DNA of 64,000 nt from Bacteroides sp. Its GTDB lineage: Bacteria > Bacteroidota > Bacteroidia > Bacteroidales > Bacteroidaceae. Below, piece after piece: positions 1 to 11,570 of this stretch. Location: the NCBI GenBank assembly GCA_047975405.1, contig JBKEDO010000032.1, forward strand, positions 21,374-85,373. The letters are read 5' to 3'. A model generated the notes under the pieces. The model worked only from the letters and a program-made list of their open reading frames with translations, searched no databases and was not told where the DNA came from. The stretch's first letter is position 1; every line of letters starts with the position of its first letter. The position numbers and the translations under genes were made by a program.

Positions 1-1777
1 GATAGACCTTATCGGTGAATGATTGGCGTGGCTTCACATTCATCACTTTATAGAATCCTACCATATCGGCGCCGTTAGTTCCGTTATAGGTCACTTCTGT
101 GCCATCGGCTTTACGTACGACTAATTTATCTTTATAACTGCCTTTCAAATAATCAGGTAAGTCTTGCGGAAAGTTTACCCATGAACCATACATTGTATCA
201 GGGTTCTTCTCATTGTCCATATATTGAAGTTTCTTCCATCGCTTAATATCTAAAAGACGAGTATGCTCGTAAACAAATTCCATACGACGTTCACGACGGA
301 TTTCCCAAATTAAGGCTGGTACATCGCTATCTCTTTCTGGATCTATAGGTAAGGCATTTAGCTTTAATGGTGCCGTTTTCTGGACTCCATTAGCAGTTGC
401 TTCTGTGTCAAGTGGACGATTGCGGATCGCATTGATCGATTGATCGAGGTCACTTTGAGTCACAGCGGAGCCGTTGTAGCTTTGAGCAAGTTCAGCTTTT
501 GCTTCAATCCAATTTAATAATACTTCGGCATAGCGAACGATTGGAGCATCATTCTCATTTGCATTGGATCCAAACTGACTCGGTCTGTTCGCTACATTAT
601 TCCAATAACTTGCGCCGACACGACTAATAAATTTATCTGCATAAATCATGGTCTGTGATTTTTGATTCGGGAAGTTGAAGAATGTAGCTTCAAAACGAGG
701 ATCACGAGTTTTTGCTAAAGAAGCTAAATTGAAGTCATTGGCGTTTTCTACTGCCGAGTTTTTATAAACTTTACCATCGGTGCAGATAAATGACTTGATT
801 AAATTTAAATTACAACCAGCTTGCCCTTCTTCTCCATTAGAGTATGATGCGATAGCATGAGTAGTCATCGCTGGTGCATAATGACGATAGAAAATTACTT
901 CAGGATGTCCCTTAAGGTCATTAGAACCAAAGATTGAACGGAAGTCTGCGGTACAAGAGTATTTTCCTGTATTCATGATGACTTCTGAGGCAGATTTACA
1001 AAGTTCCAAGTACTTTTTAGCACGCTCTGCACTTAAATTGTGATATTTTTGCCAAGTTCCTTCAAACAGCATGATGCGTGATGCAATGCCGGCAATGACA
1101 TACTTATTTACATATTGTGTGCTTCCATTGTCAAGTGTTGCGGCATTGTCTATGGCATATTTCAAATCTTCATAAACATGATCCATCACAACTTCACGTT
1201 TGTCGCGGTCTTTAAATAAAATATCTGTTTCGGTATCACTTACTGGCTTGTCAAAATAGGGCACATCTCCAAAAGATATCACTAAATTATAATAAGCATA
1301 AGCGCGGAAAAAACGTGCTACAGCAGTCCAATGTTTATAGCCTTCTTCTGTTAGGTTAGCCTTGTAATCTTCTGTCCGTTGGAGCATAATATTGGCTTTA
1401 CGGACCCAACCAAAATTCCACTTTTCGCCGTTATATTGGCCGTACCAAGATCCATCTGCTAAATCGTCTGGATCAACAGCTACTCCTAAAGAATTTGGAA
1501 CCGTTGTGATGAAATTAGTTTGTATGCCTTCACCGGTAACGACATCGTCATTGAATGTATAACCCCTTAGTGGAGTATAGTTTACTCCGTAACTGGTATT
1601 GTAACCGGCAAAGAACCAAGAATAAAAGTCAATGCTGTACATTCGAAAATCAGCATCATTTCGCCAAAAGTTTTTATTGTCTTCTACTTTGTCAAGTTGC
1701 GGACGATCTAAAAAGTCGTCACAACTTGTTAGTCCTAATGTTAGAACTGCGCAAATGGCTAATATTTGTTTTTTCAT
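1..1777 (-). CDS. SusD/RagB-family outer-membrane nutrient-binding lipoprotein (3' end runs off the window)
   Basis: Not in the ORF track. Hand translation from the ATG at 1777 gives MKKQILAICAVLTLGLTSCDDFLDRPQ (lipobox LTSC). It contains the SusD motifs ARFFRAYAYYNLVISFGDVPY, APIVRYAEVLLNWIEAKAE and WEIRRERRMEF. It lies 12 nt downstream of susC. Confidence 0.93.
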   Translation of the reverse strand, partial: MKKQILAICAVLTLGLTSCDDFLDRPQLDKVEDNKNFWRNDADFRMYSIDFYSWFFAGYNTSYGVNYTPLRGYTFNDDVVTGEGIQTNFITTVPNSLGVAVDPDDLADGSWYGQYNGEKWNFGWVRKANIMLQRTEDYKANLTEEGYKHWTAVARFFRAYAYYNLVISFGDVPYFDKPVSDTETDILFKDRDKREVVMDHVYEDLKYAIDNAATLDNGSTQYVNKYVIAGIASRIMLFEGTWQKYHNLSAERAKKYLELCKSASEVIMNTGKYSCTADFRSIFGSNDLKGHPEVIFYRHYAPAMTTHAIASYSNGEEGQAGCNLNLIKSFICTDGKVYKNSAVENANDFNLASLAKTRDPRFEATFFNFPNQKSQTMIYADKFISRVGASYWNNVANRPSQFGSNANENDAPIVRYAEVLLNWIEAKAELAQSYNGSAVTQSDLDQSINAIRNRPLDTEATANGVQKTAPLKLNALPIDPERDSDVPALIWEIRRERRMEFVYEHTRLLDIKRWKKLQYMDNEKNPDTMYGSWVNFPQDLPDYLKGSYKDKLVVRKADGTEVTYNGTNGADMVGFYKVMNVKPRQSFTDKVY

Positions 1778-1789
1778 ACCTCGTTTGTT

Positions 1790-4700
1790 TTAGAAATTTA
1801 ATTGAACACCTATTGAGAAACTCTTGAATGCTGGTGTACTGATACCTGCACGTCCTAATTGGTAATTGCTAGATGAAAGAAGTCCTTCTCCTGCTACAAT
1901 TTCTGGATCAACTGGTGTACCATCTAAATGATCCCATGTGAAGAAATTTTCAAGAGAAACATACAAGCGTGCTCGTTGAATCCATGCTTTTTTGGTTAGT
2001 TCTATTGGCAAAGTATAACCTGCTGTAATGTTTTTTAGACGCAAGTATGACATGTTTAATAGATAACGATCTTGTGGGCGCATATTGTAGGCATCTGTTG
2101 AGTTTGCTTGGTTCCATGCGCGTGGATAAAATGCAGTTGTATTATCTTCTGTCCAATAATCTGTGCAGAATCGTTTTGCCATAGCACCGTCAGCAATATT
2201 AAATCCAGCTAATGTGGTAGATGAACTTCCCCACATATCCCGTTTGCCTACACCTTGGAAAAAGAAAGAAAGATCAAACCCTTTATAATCTGCTCCTAGG
2301 CGTATACCATATTCATAACGAGGAGTTGAGTTGCCAATGACCTCTTTGTCACCGTGATTATCAATTGTACCTTCACCTTCCGTAATTTGTCCGTCTCCAT
2401 CTACATCTTTGAATTTAACATCTCCAGGTTGGAACATAAAGCTGCCGCTTTGTAAGTAAGCTTGATAAACGGGGTTTTCACCTTTTAGTTTATAAGCTTT
2501 TAGCCCAGCATTCTTACTTCCATGACTTTCGTCTAAAGTAACTACGATAAGTTTTCCATTTGCATCATACTCAAAATCATCTTTTTGATATAGCCTATCA
2601 GTGCGGTATCCCCAGATTTCTCCATAGGTTTTACCATTATACCAACCATTAATCTTTCTATTGGAACCAAATTCTGTAACTTTAGTGATAGCATCTGATA
2701 AGGTCACCACGGCATTAACCTTTAGCCCATTTTCAAAGCGGTGATTGTAATCAATAGAGAGTTCCCATCCTTGGGTGCGTAAGTTACCATAGTTTCCGAT
2801 AGGAGCTGTTGTGCCGTATGTGTGAGGGATACCTTCTGCTCCAACTAACATATTCTTAGTATCTCTTTGGTACCATTCCAATGTCACTCCTAACTCATTA
2901 TTAAAGAGTCGGCTGTCAAGCCCTAAGTTTAATGTTTCAATACGTTGCCATGTTGGATTCTGAGCTGTTGCTTTAGGAGCGTAAAGCATATTAATTTTAT
3001 TGCCATTTTCATCTAGCCATGAAGATTGTGAAATTTTGCCCAATGTCGGAATGTATAAGTCGTTACTTACAGATTGGTCACCAATACTACCCCATGAGAC
3101 ACGAAATTTTAAAGAACTTAGAGCTGGTTTAGCCCAATTCATGAAAGCTTCTTCGCTGGCACGCCATCCCAAAGAGAATGAAGGGTAATAGCTCCAACGT
3201 AAATCTTTAGAGAATTTAGAGGTTCCATCGTAACGTAGGTTAGCTTCGAAAAGATATTTGTCGAGTAGGCTGTAATTTAGACGTCCGAAGAAACCTAACT
3301 GAGATTCCCAACTCTTACCGCCATCGGCCGTTTGTGTGCCGTTGGCCCCACCAAATTGTACATTTTCAAAATCTAGAAGACCGGCTTTTTGCCCCCAATG
3401 AAACTCTTCAACATAAGTCACTCTATTTAAACCAGCCATGATTTTAAATTGATTAGCTGCGTTTAGATTTGGTTGATAAGTGGTATATGCATTGATTGTG
3501 TTTCGTTGAGAATTTGTTGAACGGCGATTGATGTTATCTGGGGTACTACCCACAGAAGTATAGGTGGTATAAGGTAGATCATATGCTTTCATGGCATTAG
3601 GTGTACCTTCTTTAACTACAATTCCTTCGTTATTAACATAAACTTGGTTTCCATTGGCATCTAGTCTTGCAGCAGGAGCTGTCCAAGTGTTAGCTGCTGT
3701 GAAACGTATACCCGGACGAAGCCAATTATACTCCTCGTTGGCATGTGTGTAATCAAAATCAACTGTCCAATCCTTAGTTAAATCTAAATGAAAACCGAGA
3801 TTGATATTTGTATAGTTCTTTTCTTGTTTAGCAGTGTTGGCTTGATGATATTCTGCAGCCGGGCTTCTCAATTCATGCCCGTTTTCATCGTATCCCAAGG
3901 GGTATTGTGGTCCCCAACGATACAAATAGTACCATTGGTCTAATGAACTCTGAGTAATATAAGGATAATATTTTGTGCGTTTAGAGTAAATTGCCCCGGC
4001 ATTAAATGTAATGTATTTGTTGAACTGTGTGCTTAATCGGATCGATGCATTATAACGTTCGAAAGCATCTTTCTTAGCTGTTTTGTTCATACCACTTTGA
4101 TCGAGATAGCCTAACCCGACATTATAGGTCGTTTTTCCACTTTTTCCATTGATGCTTAAGTTATGATTTTGCGTAGGTGCCCACTCTTTGATCATATAGT
4201 CAAAAGCATTATAAGTACGAAGTCCAACTTTTTGTCCGGCGGCATTCAGATACCAATCTCGCCCATAAACAGTTGGGTCGTTTGCGCCTAGTTTGCCTCC
4301 GTATTTCTCTTCCCATTCACGGGCTTTTTCAATTCCTTCTCGAGTGATTTTATAGAATGCACCAGTTGTTGTACCTCCGGCATTTTCAGTTGCTGCTAAA
4401 GCGTATTCCATGGATTCGAACTGCCCCATGTTATAGTCTTTAGCGGCATTTTGGAAAGACATATTCCCGGAGTAAGTGACCTTGACGCTTTCTTGATTTG
4501 CTCCTTTCTTTGTGGTGATTAATACAACACCAAGTGCTGCTTTCGCTCCGTAAATAGAAGATGCTGCTGCATCTTTTAGGACAGAGATAGACTCGATATC
4601 GTCAGGATTAACTAGCGTGATGCTTGGAATCTCAACGTTATCAAGAAGAATAAGAGGTTGAGAGCTTCCTTGGATAGATGCATATTGCCCACGAATTTTG

Positions 4701-5269
4701 ATTTTTGGATCAGAACCAACTTCAGCATCGGGGATGGTAATGGATAGACCTGGAGTTGAGCCTTGCAGTCCACGGCCGACATCGGAAATCGGTCTTGAAT
4801 CCAATGTTTTTCCTACATCCACTGTGCTGACTGCACCGGTAAGATTTGCCTTTTTCTGTGTGCCGTATCCTACAACAACTACTTCGTCGAGAACTTTAGC
4901 ATCTTCCTTAAGGATAATGCGCATTCCTTTGGCAGCCTTAACCTCTAGAGTTTGATAACCGACGAATGATACAACGAGGGTAGCCCCTTGTTTTGCATTG
5001 AGTTTGAATTTTCCATCGAGATCCGTAATGATACCATTGGTCGTGCCTTTTTCTATGACACTAGCACCGATAATGGGTTCACCATTGACATCTGTCACGC
5101 TTCCGCTGATAGCTTGTGACTGATGTTGGTCATTGACTTCATATAGGTCCGAATGAGTAGCCGAATAGGTTACTGCATAGGTATTACCTATAATGAATAG
5201 GGAGGATAGTGCTGCGGCAAAGAATACTTTGCTGTTTACAGCTCTTCGTTTTTCTTGTTTCCCGTTCAT
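1790..5269 (-). CDS. SusC/RagA-family TonB-dependent transporter
   Basis: CarboxypepD-like N-terminal extension, LDEVVVVGYGTQKK, plug motif DIESISVLKDAAASSIYGAKAALGVVLITTKKG, C-terminal F. Confidence 0.97.
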   Translation of the reverse strand: MNGKQEKRRAVNSKVFFAAALSSLFIIGNTYAVTYSATHSDLYEVNDQHQSQAISGSVTDVNGEPIIGASVIEKGTTNGIITDLDGKFKLNAKQGATLVVSFVGYQTLEVKAAKGMRIILKEDAKVLDEVVVVGYGTQKKANLTGAVSTVDVGKTLDSRPISDVGRGLQGSTPGLSITIPDAEVGSDPKIKIRGQYASIQGSSQPLILLDNVEIPSITLVNPDDIESISVLKDAAASSIYGAKAALGVVLITTKKGANQESVKVTYSGNMSFQNAAKDYNMGQFESMEYALAATENAGGTTTGAFYKITREGIEKAREWEEKYGGKLGANDPTVYGRDWYLNAAGQKVGLRTYNAFDYMIKEWAPTQNHNLSINGKSGKTTYNVGLGYLDQSGMNKTAKKDAFERYNASIRLSTQFNKYITFNAGAIYSKRTKYYPYITQSSLDQWYYLYRWGPQYPLGYDENGHELRSPAAEYHQANTAKQEKNYTNINLGFHLDLTKDWTVDFDYTHANEEYNWLRPGIRFTAANTWTAPAARLDANGNQVYVNNEGIVVKEGTPNAMKAYDLPYTTYTSVGSTPDNINRRSTNSQRNTINAYTTYQPNLNAANQFKIMAGLNRVTYVEEFHWGQKAGLLDFENVQFGGANGTQTADGGKSWESQLGFFGRLNYSLLDKYLFEANLRYDGTSKFSKDLRWSYYPSFSLGWRASEEAFMNWAKPALSSLKFRVSWGSIGDQSVSNDLYIPTLGKISQSSWLDENGNKINMLYAPKATAQNPTWQRIETLNLGLDSRLFNNELGVTLEWYQRDTKNMLVGAEGIPHTYGTTAPIGNYGNLRTQGWELSIDYNHRFENGLKVNAVVTLSDAITKVTEFGSNRKINGWYNGKTYGEIWGYRTDRLYQKDDFEYDANGKLIVVTLDESHGSKNAGLKAYKLKGENPVYQAYLQSGSFMFQPGDVKFKDVDGDGQITEGEGTIDNHGDKEVIGNSTPRYEYGIRLGADYKGFDLSFFFQGVGKRDMWGSSSTTLAGFNIADGAMAKRFCTDYWTEDNTTAFYPRAWNQANSTDAYNMRPQDRYLLNMSYLRLKNITAGYTLPIELTKKAWIQRARLYVSLENFFTWDHLDGTPVDPEIVAGEGLLSSSNYQLGRAGISTPAFKSFSIGVQLNF

Positions 5270-5542
5270 AATAAAAGATTGATTATAAATTAATGTATTG
5301 GTTAACTTTAAAGAAATAGATGATAAGGATAAGAGTTGGGAAGAAAATGCTTTTATCCTTATTTAATAAGGCTAATAAGGGTCTTTCATAGGCTTTTTTC
5401 TTTTATTGTTTTTTTTGTTTAGTGATCTCTGTATTTTTTATAATAGTTTGATAAGCTGCATTATATAGTATAATATGTCTCAAGAGATATAAACTAACTG
5501 TTAACAAAAGGAACAACGACTTCGTTTTTCTTTTCTAGCATA

Positions 5543-5550
5543 CAAATATA
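5543..5550 (-). promoter_or_regulatory. Candidate Bacteroidota sigma-A -7 element (TATATTTG) for susC/D
   Basis: Matches TAnnTTTG on the minus strand about 275 nt upstream of susC; no clear -33 element. Confidence 0.45.
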
Positions 5551-5830
5551 GTTATAGTTTAATTATTTACGACTATTGTTTGCATATTTTTAGATTTGAA
5601 AACATATATTTTGAATACTTTGTTCTGTTTTTATGTTGTTAGAGGCTATGAAAAAGAGAGAAATAAGTTGAAATGATGTTAGATGTTCTCAAAATGTGAA
5701 AGATGTGTCAGAATTAAAAGACTTTATATTCAATAGAATTTTCACAAAAAAATGCACTGTGATGAAAAATTATATCATTGTGCTGATTATAGAAAAATGG
5801 TTGACTGATTTCGAATAGTCTGGTTAGTTT

Positions 5831-6688
5831 TTAACGAAGTGTGTCCAAATTTAAGTTTGCGGAGTGAAAATCGATTAATCCTTTCATTGGGGTTTCTGCG
5901 ATTAGGTCGGTTTGAACACCAAACTCTTGTGCCACCTCTCTCAATACATCAGCGTAGGTATAAGCTAAAGAACCAACAAAACGAATAGGGTAGTTCTTGT
6001 AATCATACTGGCAGATGTTGCGTGTAAAGAACTGACGAAGGTTGTTTTCCAATAGATTACGGGCATAATCGTTGTCTAGATAATCAGCTAAGAAATAAGC
6101 AATAGTTCCAAGAAAACGATTAGGAAATGGGCGATTATATACGGAATCCATGACTTCATTAGGGGTAATACGGAATTTTTCAATGAATTCAGTTTCTAAT
6201 TCTCTAGGAACGAATCCTTTTAGCAAATCGGCTAAGAAAAGTTTTCCTAGTACGGCACCACTACCCTCATCTCCCAATATGTATCCTGCCGCTTTGACGT
6301 TTTTTATTATTTCTTTTCCGTCATAGAAACAAGAGTTGGAGCCTGTACCTAAAATGCAGGCGATACCGGCTTCGTCTTTGAAAAGTCCGCGAGCGGCTCC
6401 TAATAAATCACTCTCTACTTTGATTGGAGTCTTGAATTGAGCGACAAACGAAGCGGCAAGAATGTTCTTTTTCTCGTCCGAACTACATCCAGCTCCATAA
6501 TAGTAGACCACCTCTAGCTTGGGACGAAAGAATTCCTTGGGGAGTCCTAAGCGGACACTCCGACTGATTTCCCGACGGTTCTGAAAAAATGGATTAATAC
6601 CTTCGGTAAATACATGTTCAATGAGGTGATTGCCTTCTATTAAAGCCCATTCTGTTCGCGTAGAACCGCTTTCTGCTATCAGTTTCAT
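5831..6688 (-). CDS. BadF/BadG/BcrA/BcrD-family ATPase (N-acetylglucosamine kinase-like)
   Basis: LIAESGSTRTEW, CILGTGSNS and GYILGDEGSGA ASKHA motifs. Confidence 0.85.
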   Translation of the reverse strand: MKLIAESGSTRTEWALIEGNHLIEHVFTEGINPFFQNRREISRSVRLGLPKEFFRPKLEVVYYYGAGCSSDEKKNILAASFVAQFKTPIKVESDLLGAARGLFKDEAGIACILGTGSNSCFYDGKEIIKNVKAAGYILGDEGSGAVLGKLFLADLLKGFVPRELETEFIEKFRITPNEVMDSVYNRPFPNRFLGTIAYFLADYLDNDYARNLLENNLRQFFTRNICQYDYKNYPIRFVGSLAYTYADVLREVAQEFGVQTDLIAETPMKGLIDFHSANLNLDTLR

Positions 6689-6752
6689 ATCAAAGTATTT
6701 TGATTGGACTACAAATATAGGACTCTTTTTTCTAAATAAGAGCTTTTGTGGA

Positions 6753-6800
6753 ATAAAAAAAATAGGACGCTCTGCATTAATAGATGCAGAGAACGCCCTA
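6753..6800 (-). terminator. Intrinsic terminator after asd
   Basis: TAGGGCGTTCTCTGCAT...ATGCAGAGCGTCCTA stem followed by a T-run on the minus strand. Confidence 0.7.
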
Positions 6801-6815
6801 ATGAGAAGTGTGTGT

Positions 6816-7823
6816 TTAGATATTTTTTACCTTAATGAGGTATTCGGCAATTTGTACGGCGTTCAGCGCAGCACCCTTTTTAATTTGATCGCTAACAGTC
6901 CAGAATGTTAATCCATTCTCATTAGCTAAATCCTTGCGAATACGTCCAACGTATACCGGATCTTTTCCGGCAAGGAATAATGGCATTGGATATTCTTTTT
7001 TCTCCATATCGTCTTGAAGAATTAATCCTTCACCTTCTGAAAATGCTGTGCGAGCTTCTTCGATAGATATAGGGCGTTCAGTCTCTACCCAGATACTTTC
7101 TGAATGAGCACGTAAAGCTGGAACACGTACGCAGGTTGCGCTAACCTTAACGTCGGAGTGCATAATTTTACGTGTTTCGTTATACATTTTCATTTCTTCT
7201 TTGGTGTAGCCGTTTTCGGTGAAGACATCAACTTGTGGAATGAGGTTAAAGGCCAATTGGTAGGCGAACTTTTCTACTGTGACCGGCTCATTGGCTAAGA
7301 CTTGACGATATTGTTCGTAAAGTTCATCCATTGCTGCTGCACCGGCGCCACTAGCCGCTTGGTAAGTCGACACATGTACAGTTTTAATATGCGATAAATT
7401 TTCAATCGCTTTTAGGGCCACAACCATTTGAATAGTTGTACAGTTTGGGTTGGCAATGATACCACGTGGGCGGGCCAAAGCATCTTCTGGATTAACTTCG
7501 GGCACAACTAACGGAACGTCTGAGTCCATACGGAAAGCACTCGAGTTGTCAATCATTACTGCACCATGTTTAGTGATGGTTTGCTCAAATTCCTTTGAAG
7601 TGCCCGCTCCGGCTGAAGTGAAAGCTATGTCGACTCCTTTGAAATCATCGTTGTGTTGTAAGAGTTTGACCTCAATTTGTTTACCTCGGAAAGTATATGC
7701 TGATCCGGCACTACGTTTAGAACCGAATAAAACTAACTCGTCCACAGGGAAGTTTCTCTCATCGAGCACACGTAGGAATTCTTGTCCCACAGCTCCGCTT
7801 ACGCCAACAATAGCTACTTTCAT
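6816..7823 (-). CDS. asd: Aspartate-semialdehyde dehydrogenase
   Basis: [40 protein letters not shown]. Confidence 0.98.
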   Translation of the reverse strand: MKVAIVGVSGAVGQEFLRVLDERNFPVDELVLFGSKRSAGSAYTFRGKQIEVKLLQHNDDFKGVDIAFTSAGAGTSKEFEQTITKHGAVMIDNSSAFRMDSDVPLVVPEVNPEDALARPRGIIANPNCTTIQMVVALKAIENLSHIKTVHVSTYQAASGAGAAAMDELYEQYRQVLANEPVTVEKFAYQLAFNLIPQVDVFTENGYTKEEMKMYNETRKIMHSDVKVSATCVRVPALRAHSESIWVETERPISIEEARTAFSEGEGLILQDDMEKKEYPMPLFLAGKDPVYVGRIRKDLANENGLTFWTVSDQIKKGAALNAVQIAEYLIKVKNI

Positions 7824-8028
7824 CTTTTTTCCTTAAATTTAATTGTGATTATTAATGTATCTTCTTTTTTTTATCCATATAGTAAAGAGACGGTTGCAAA
7901 TTTATAACATTTTGAAATATAATGGTACTTTTTTATAGAAGATTTATTTTTTTATTATGTTTCTTGTCTAATTGTCTATGTGCTAACTTTTTTGTTCCTT
8001 TGCTTATAAATTCTAAAATCAAGAGTAT

Positions 8029-10161
8029 ATGCATTCTACTGGCTTTGATTTTGTACTACCGATAACCGATCCGACTTGGGTGTTTTTTTTAGTGCTTTGC
8101 ATCATCTTGTTTGCTCCTATTTTGTTGAATCGCTTACATATTCCTCATATTATTGGGATGATTATTGCCGGTGTCGTAATTGGAGAACATGGCTTCCATT
8201 TGCTGAATTACGATAGCAGTTTTAAGTTGTTTGGCAAGGTCGGCTTGTATTATATTATGTTTCTTGCGGGACTTGAAATGAATATGGCGGATTTTAAACA
8301 GACGCGTTGGAAGGCTTTTGTTTTAGGGCTTTTAGCCTTTGTTATTCCTATGATCCTAGGATTTATTAGTAACATTACGATTCTGAAATATGGTGTGATT
8401 ACTTCTGTTTTATTGGCGAGTATGTATGCCTCTCACACTTTGATTGCTTATCCAATTGTGATCAGATATGGTATTGCTAGACAACGGAGTGTTAGTATTG
8501 CAGTTGGCGGTACGGCTGTAACGGATACATTTACGTTGCTGGTCTTAGCGGTGATCAGTGGAATGTTTAAAGGAGATAGTTCGGAATTCTTTTGGGTTTG
8601 GTTAGTGGTAAAGGTCATTCTATTGGGAGGGCTTATCATTTTCTTCTTTCCACGTATTGCACGTTGGTTTTTTAGGAAATATAGTGATGGCATTGTACAG
8701 TTCGTTTTTGTATTAGCCATGGTGTTCTTAGGTGCAGGTTTAATGGAATTTGTTGGCATGGAAGGCATATTGGGTGCTTTTTTAGCCGGATTGGTTTTGA
8801 ATCGACTAATTCCTCATGTATCACCTTTAATGCATCATCTTGAGTTTGTCGGTAATGCATTGTTTATTCCCTATTTCCTTATTGGAGTAGGAATGATTAT
8901 TAATGTCCGGATCTTGTTTGGACATGGTGATTCTTTGAAAGTTGCTTTGGTAATGACAACAATGGCGTTAACGAGCAAGTGGTTGGCTTCATGGGCGACT
9001 CAGAAAATCTATCGGATGAAAGCAATTGAACGAGAACTAATGTTTGGATTAAGTAATGCTCAAGCAGCTGCTACTTTGGCTGCAGTCCTTGTCGGTTATA
9101 ATATCATGTTACCCAATGGAGATCGTTTGCTTAACGATGATATATTAAATGGCACGATTTTACTAATCCTTTTGACGTGTGTCATCAGCTCTTTCATTAC
9201 AGAGCGAGCTGCAAAGCGTATGGCAATGCAGGAAATCTCAATTGATGAAACCGTAAAAGAACACAAGCCCGAGAAAATATTGATTCCGATAGGAAATCCT
9301 GAAACGATTGAAGAGTTGATGAATTTGGCTTTAGTGATTCGTGATGGAAAGAGGAAAAATAATCTGATGGCTTTAAGTGTCATTAATGATCATAATGATT
9401 CTTCTAAATTGCAGATACTTGCTAAGAGAAATCTCGAAAAAGCAGCTAAGTTAACCACTGCAGCCAATGTTTCACTTAAAACGATGACGAGGTATGATCT
9501 CAATATCGCCTCTGGAATTATTCATACGATGAAGGAATATGATATCACGAATGTGGTTATCGGATTACATCGCAAGTCGAATATTGTGGACTCCTTTTTT
9601 GGAGATTTGGCGGAAAATCTATTGAAAGGAACGCATCGACAAGTGACTATTGTTAAACTGTTGATACCTGTCAATACCATTCGACGCATTAATGTAGTAG
9701 TCCCGTCAAAAGCGGAATATGAATACGGTTTCTTGCGCTGGATCGATCATCTTGGACGAATGGCTAATGTCTTGGGATGTCGGATACATTTTTTTGCTGA
9801 AAACAAAACTTATTTATATATACAGCAACAACTCACTAAAAATTACAATGGCGTGTCGATTGGTTTTTCAGAATTAGAAAGCTGGGATGATTTGCTTTCT
9901 CTTTCTGGGCAGGTGAGTTATGACCATCTTTGGGTTGTAATTAGTGCACGGAGGGGATCAATCTCTTACAATCCATCTTTTGAACGTTTGCCTAGTCAGT
10001 TATATAAATATTTTGCCAATACGAGCTTGATTGTCCTCTATCCGGATCAATGTGGTGAAGCACAGGAATTATTATCCTTTTCTGAGCCTAGAGGACCAGT
10101 GGAAACGCAGCCGTATGAGAGAATCTGTCAATGGTGTTATGATTGGTTTAAGAAAAAATAA
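8029..10161 (+). CDS. Cation:proton antiporter (CPA2/KefB-like) with C-terminal USP-like domain
   Basis: Multi-TM N-terminal half with FLAGLEM and ILGAFLAG motifs; soluble USP-like C-terminus. Confidence 0.88.
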   Translation: MHSTGFDFVLPITDPTWVFFLVLCIILFAPILLNRLHIPHIIGMIIAGVVIGEHGFHLLNYDSSFKLFGKVGLYYIMFLAGLEMNMADFKQTRWKAFVLGLLAFVIPMILGFISNITILKYGVITSVLLASMYASHTLIAYPIVIRYGIARQRSVSIAVGGTAVTDTFTLLVLAVISGMFKGDSSEFFWVWLVVKVILLGGLIIFFFPRIARWFFRKYSDGIVQFVFVLAMVFLGAGLMEFVGMEGILGAFLAGLVLNRLIPHVSPLMHHLEFVGNALFIPYFLIGVGMIINVRILFGHGDSLKVALVMTTMALTSKWLASWATQKIYRMKAIERELMFGLSNAQAAATLAAVLVGYNIMLPNGDRLLNDDILNGTILLILLTCVISSFITERAAKRMAMQEISIDETVKEHKPEKILIPIGNPETIEELMNLALVIRDGKRKNNLMALSVINDHNDSSKLQILAKRNLEKAAKLTTAANVSLKTMTRYDLNIASGIIHTMKEYDITNVVIGLHRKSNIVDSFFGDLAENLLKGTHRQVTIVKLLIPVNTIRRINVVVPSKAEYEYGFLRWIDHLGRMANVLGCRIHFFAENKTYLYIQQQLTKNYNGVSIGFSELESWDDLLSLSGQVSYDHLWVVISARRGSISYNPSFERLPSQLYKYFANTSLIVLYPDQCGEAQELLSFSEPRGPVETQPYERICQWCYDWFKKK

Positions 10162-10875
10162 ATGGAGAAAGATTGGTTACAACGGACTCAGCTATTGTTT
10201 GGTGCTGAGAAGATGTCTAGAATTACAAAAGCGAATGTTTTAGTGGTTGGATTAGGAGGAGTAGGAGCTCATGCTGCCGAACTTCTTTGTCGTGCTGGAG
10301 TGGGACGTATGACGATTGTTGATGCGGATACGGTACAAGCTTCTAACATTAATCGACAATTACCTGCCCTACACTCTACTATAGGATTAGAGAAAGCTAA
10401 AGTTTTAGAAGATCGGTTTAAAGATATCAACCCTGATATACAACTAACGGTTCATGCGATATATTTAAAGGATGAGAATATACCGGAGCTTTTAGATGCC
10501 CAGGATTATGACTTTATTGTAGATGCTATTGATACGATTAGTCCTAAATGCTTTTTAATCTATGAGGCAATGAAACGTCGTCTCAAAATCGTTTCGAGTA
10601 TGGGAGCTGGAGCAAAGAGTGATATCACTCAAGTTCGTTTTGCTGATTTGTGGGAGACTTACCACTGTGGCCTAAGTAAAGCGGTGAGGAAACGCCTGCA
10701 GAAAATGGGCCTGAAACGTAAACATCCAGTTGTGTTTAGCGCTGAACAATCTGATCCTAAGGCGGTTATTCTTGTTGATAATGAGAAAAACAAAAAATCA
10801 ACTTGTGGAACAGTGAGTTATATGCCAATGATTTTTGGATGTTATTTGGCTGAATACGTCATTAAACGGTTGTAA
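10162..10875 (+). CDS. tcdA: tRNA threonylcarbamoyladenosine dehydratase (ThiF family)
   Basis: [20 protein letters not shown] and VVFSAE motifs. Confidence 0.88.
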   Translation: MEKDWLQRTQLLFGAEKMSRITKANVLVVGLGGVGAHAAELLCRAGVGRMTIVDADTVQASNINRQLPALHSTIGLEKAKVLEDRFKDINPDIQLTVHAIYLKDENIPELLDAQDYDFIVDAIDTISPKCFLIYEAMKRRLKIVSSMGAGAKSDITQVRFADLWETYHCGLSKAVRKRLQKMGLKRKHPVVFSAEQSDPKAVILVDNEKNKKSTCGTVSYMPMIFGCYLAEYVIKRL

Positions 10876-10879
10876 TGAT

Positions 10880-11533
10880 ATGATTAAAATAGAAGGAATT
10901 ACGAAGAGTTTTGGGACATTACAGGTGCTCAAAGGTATTGATTTAAATATTGCTAGAGGAGAGATCGTTAGCATTGTAGGCCCTAGTGGAGCTGGTAAAA
11001 CAACGTTATTGCAAATTATGGGCACATTGGATAAACCTGATCGTGGGATGGTTATGATAGACGATACTCTTCTCGACCAGATGAAGGAGAAAGAATTATC
11101 TGCATTCAGAAACAAGAAGATTGGTTTTATTTTTCAGTTCCATCAATTGCTTCCGGAATTTACAGCTTTAGAGAATATTATGATTCCGGCTTTTATTGCT
11201 GGGGTATCTTCAAGAGATGCAGAGCTACGAGCTCTTGAACTACTTCATTTCATGGGACTCGCTGATCGTGCCTCTCATAAACCAAATGAGTTGTCTGGAG
11301 GAGAGAAACAGCGCGTAGCAGTGGCTCGTGCATTAATTAATAATCCGGCTGTGGTATTGGCCGATGAACCTTCAGGAAGTTTGGATTCTAAGAATAAGGA
11401 AGAACTTCATCAATTGTTTTTTGATCTTCGAGAGAAAATGGGACAAACTTTCGTGATTGTAACTCATGATGAAGGGCTAGCTCAATTAACTGATCGAACG
11501 ATACATATGCTTGATGGAATGATTCATCTATAA
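10880..11533 (+). CDS. lolD: ABC transporter ATP-binding protein, LolD-like
   Basis: Walker [44 protein letters not shown]; start trimmed to ATG 10880. Confidence 0.8.
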   Translation: MIKIEGITKSFGTLQVLKGIDLNIARGEIVSIVGPSGAGKTTLLQIMGTLDKPDRGMVMIDDTLLDQMKEKELSAFRNKKIGFIFQFHQLLPEFTALENIMIPAFIAGVSSRDAELRALELLHFMGLADRASHKPNELSGGEKQRVAVARALINNPAVVLADEPSGSLDSKNKEELHQLFFDLREKMGQTFVIVTHDEGLAQLTDRTIHMLDGMIHL

Positions 11534-11570
11534 TTAGTGGAGTCTTTATGAAAGATAGGAGAGACGTTTT

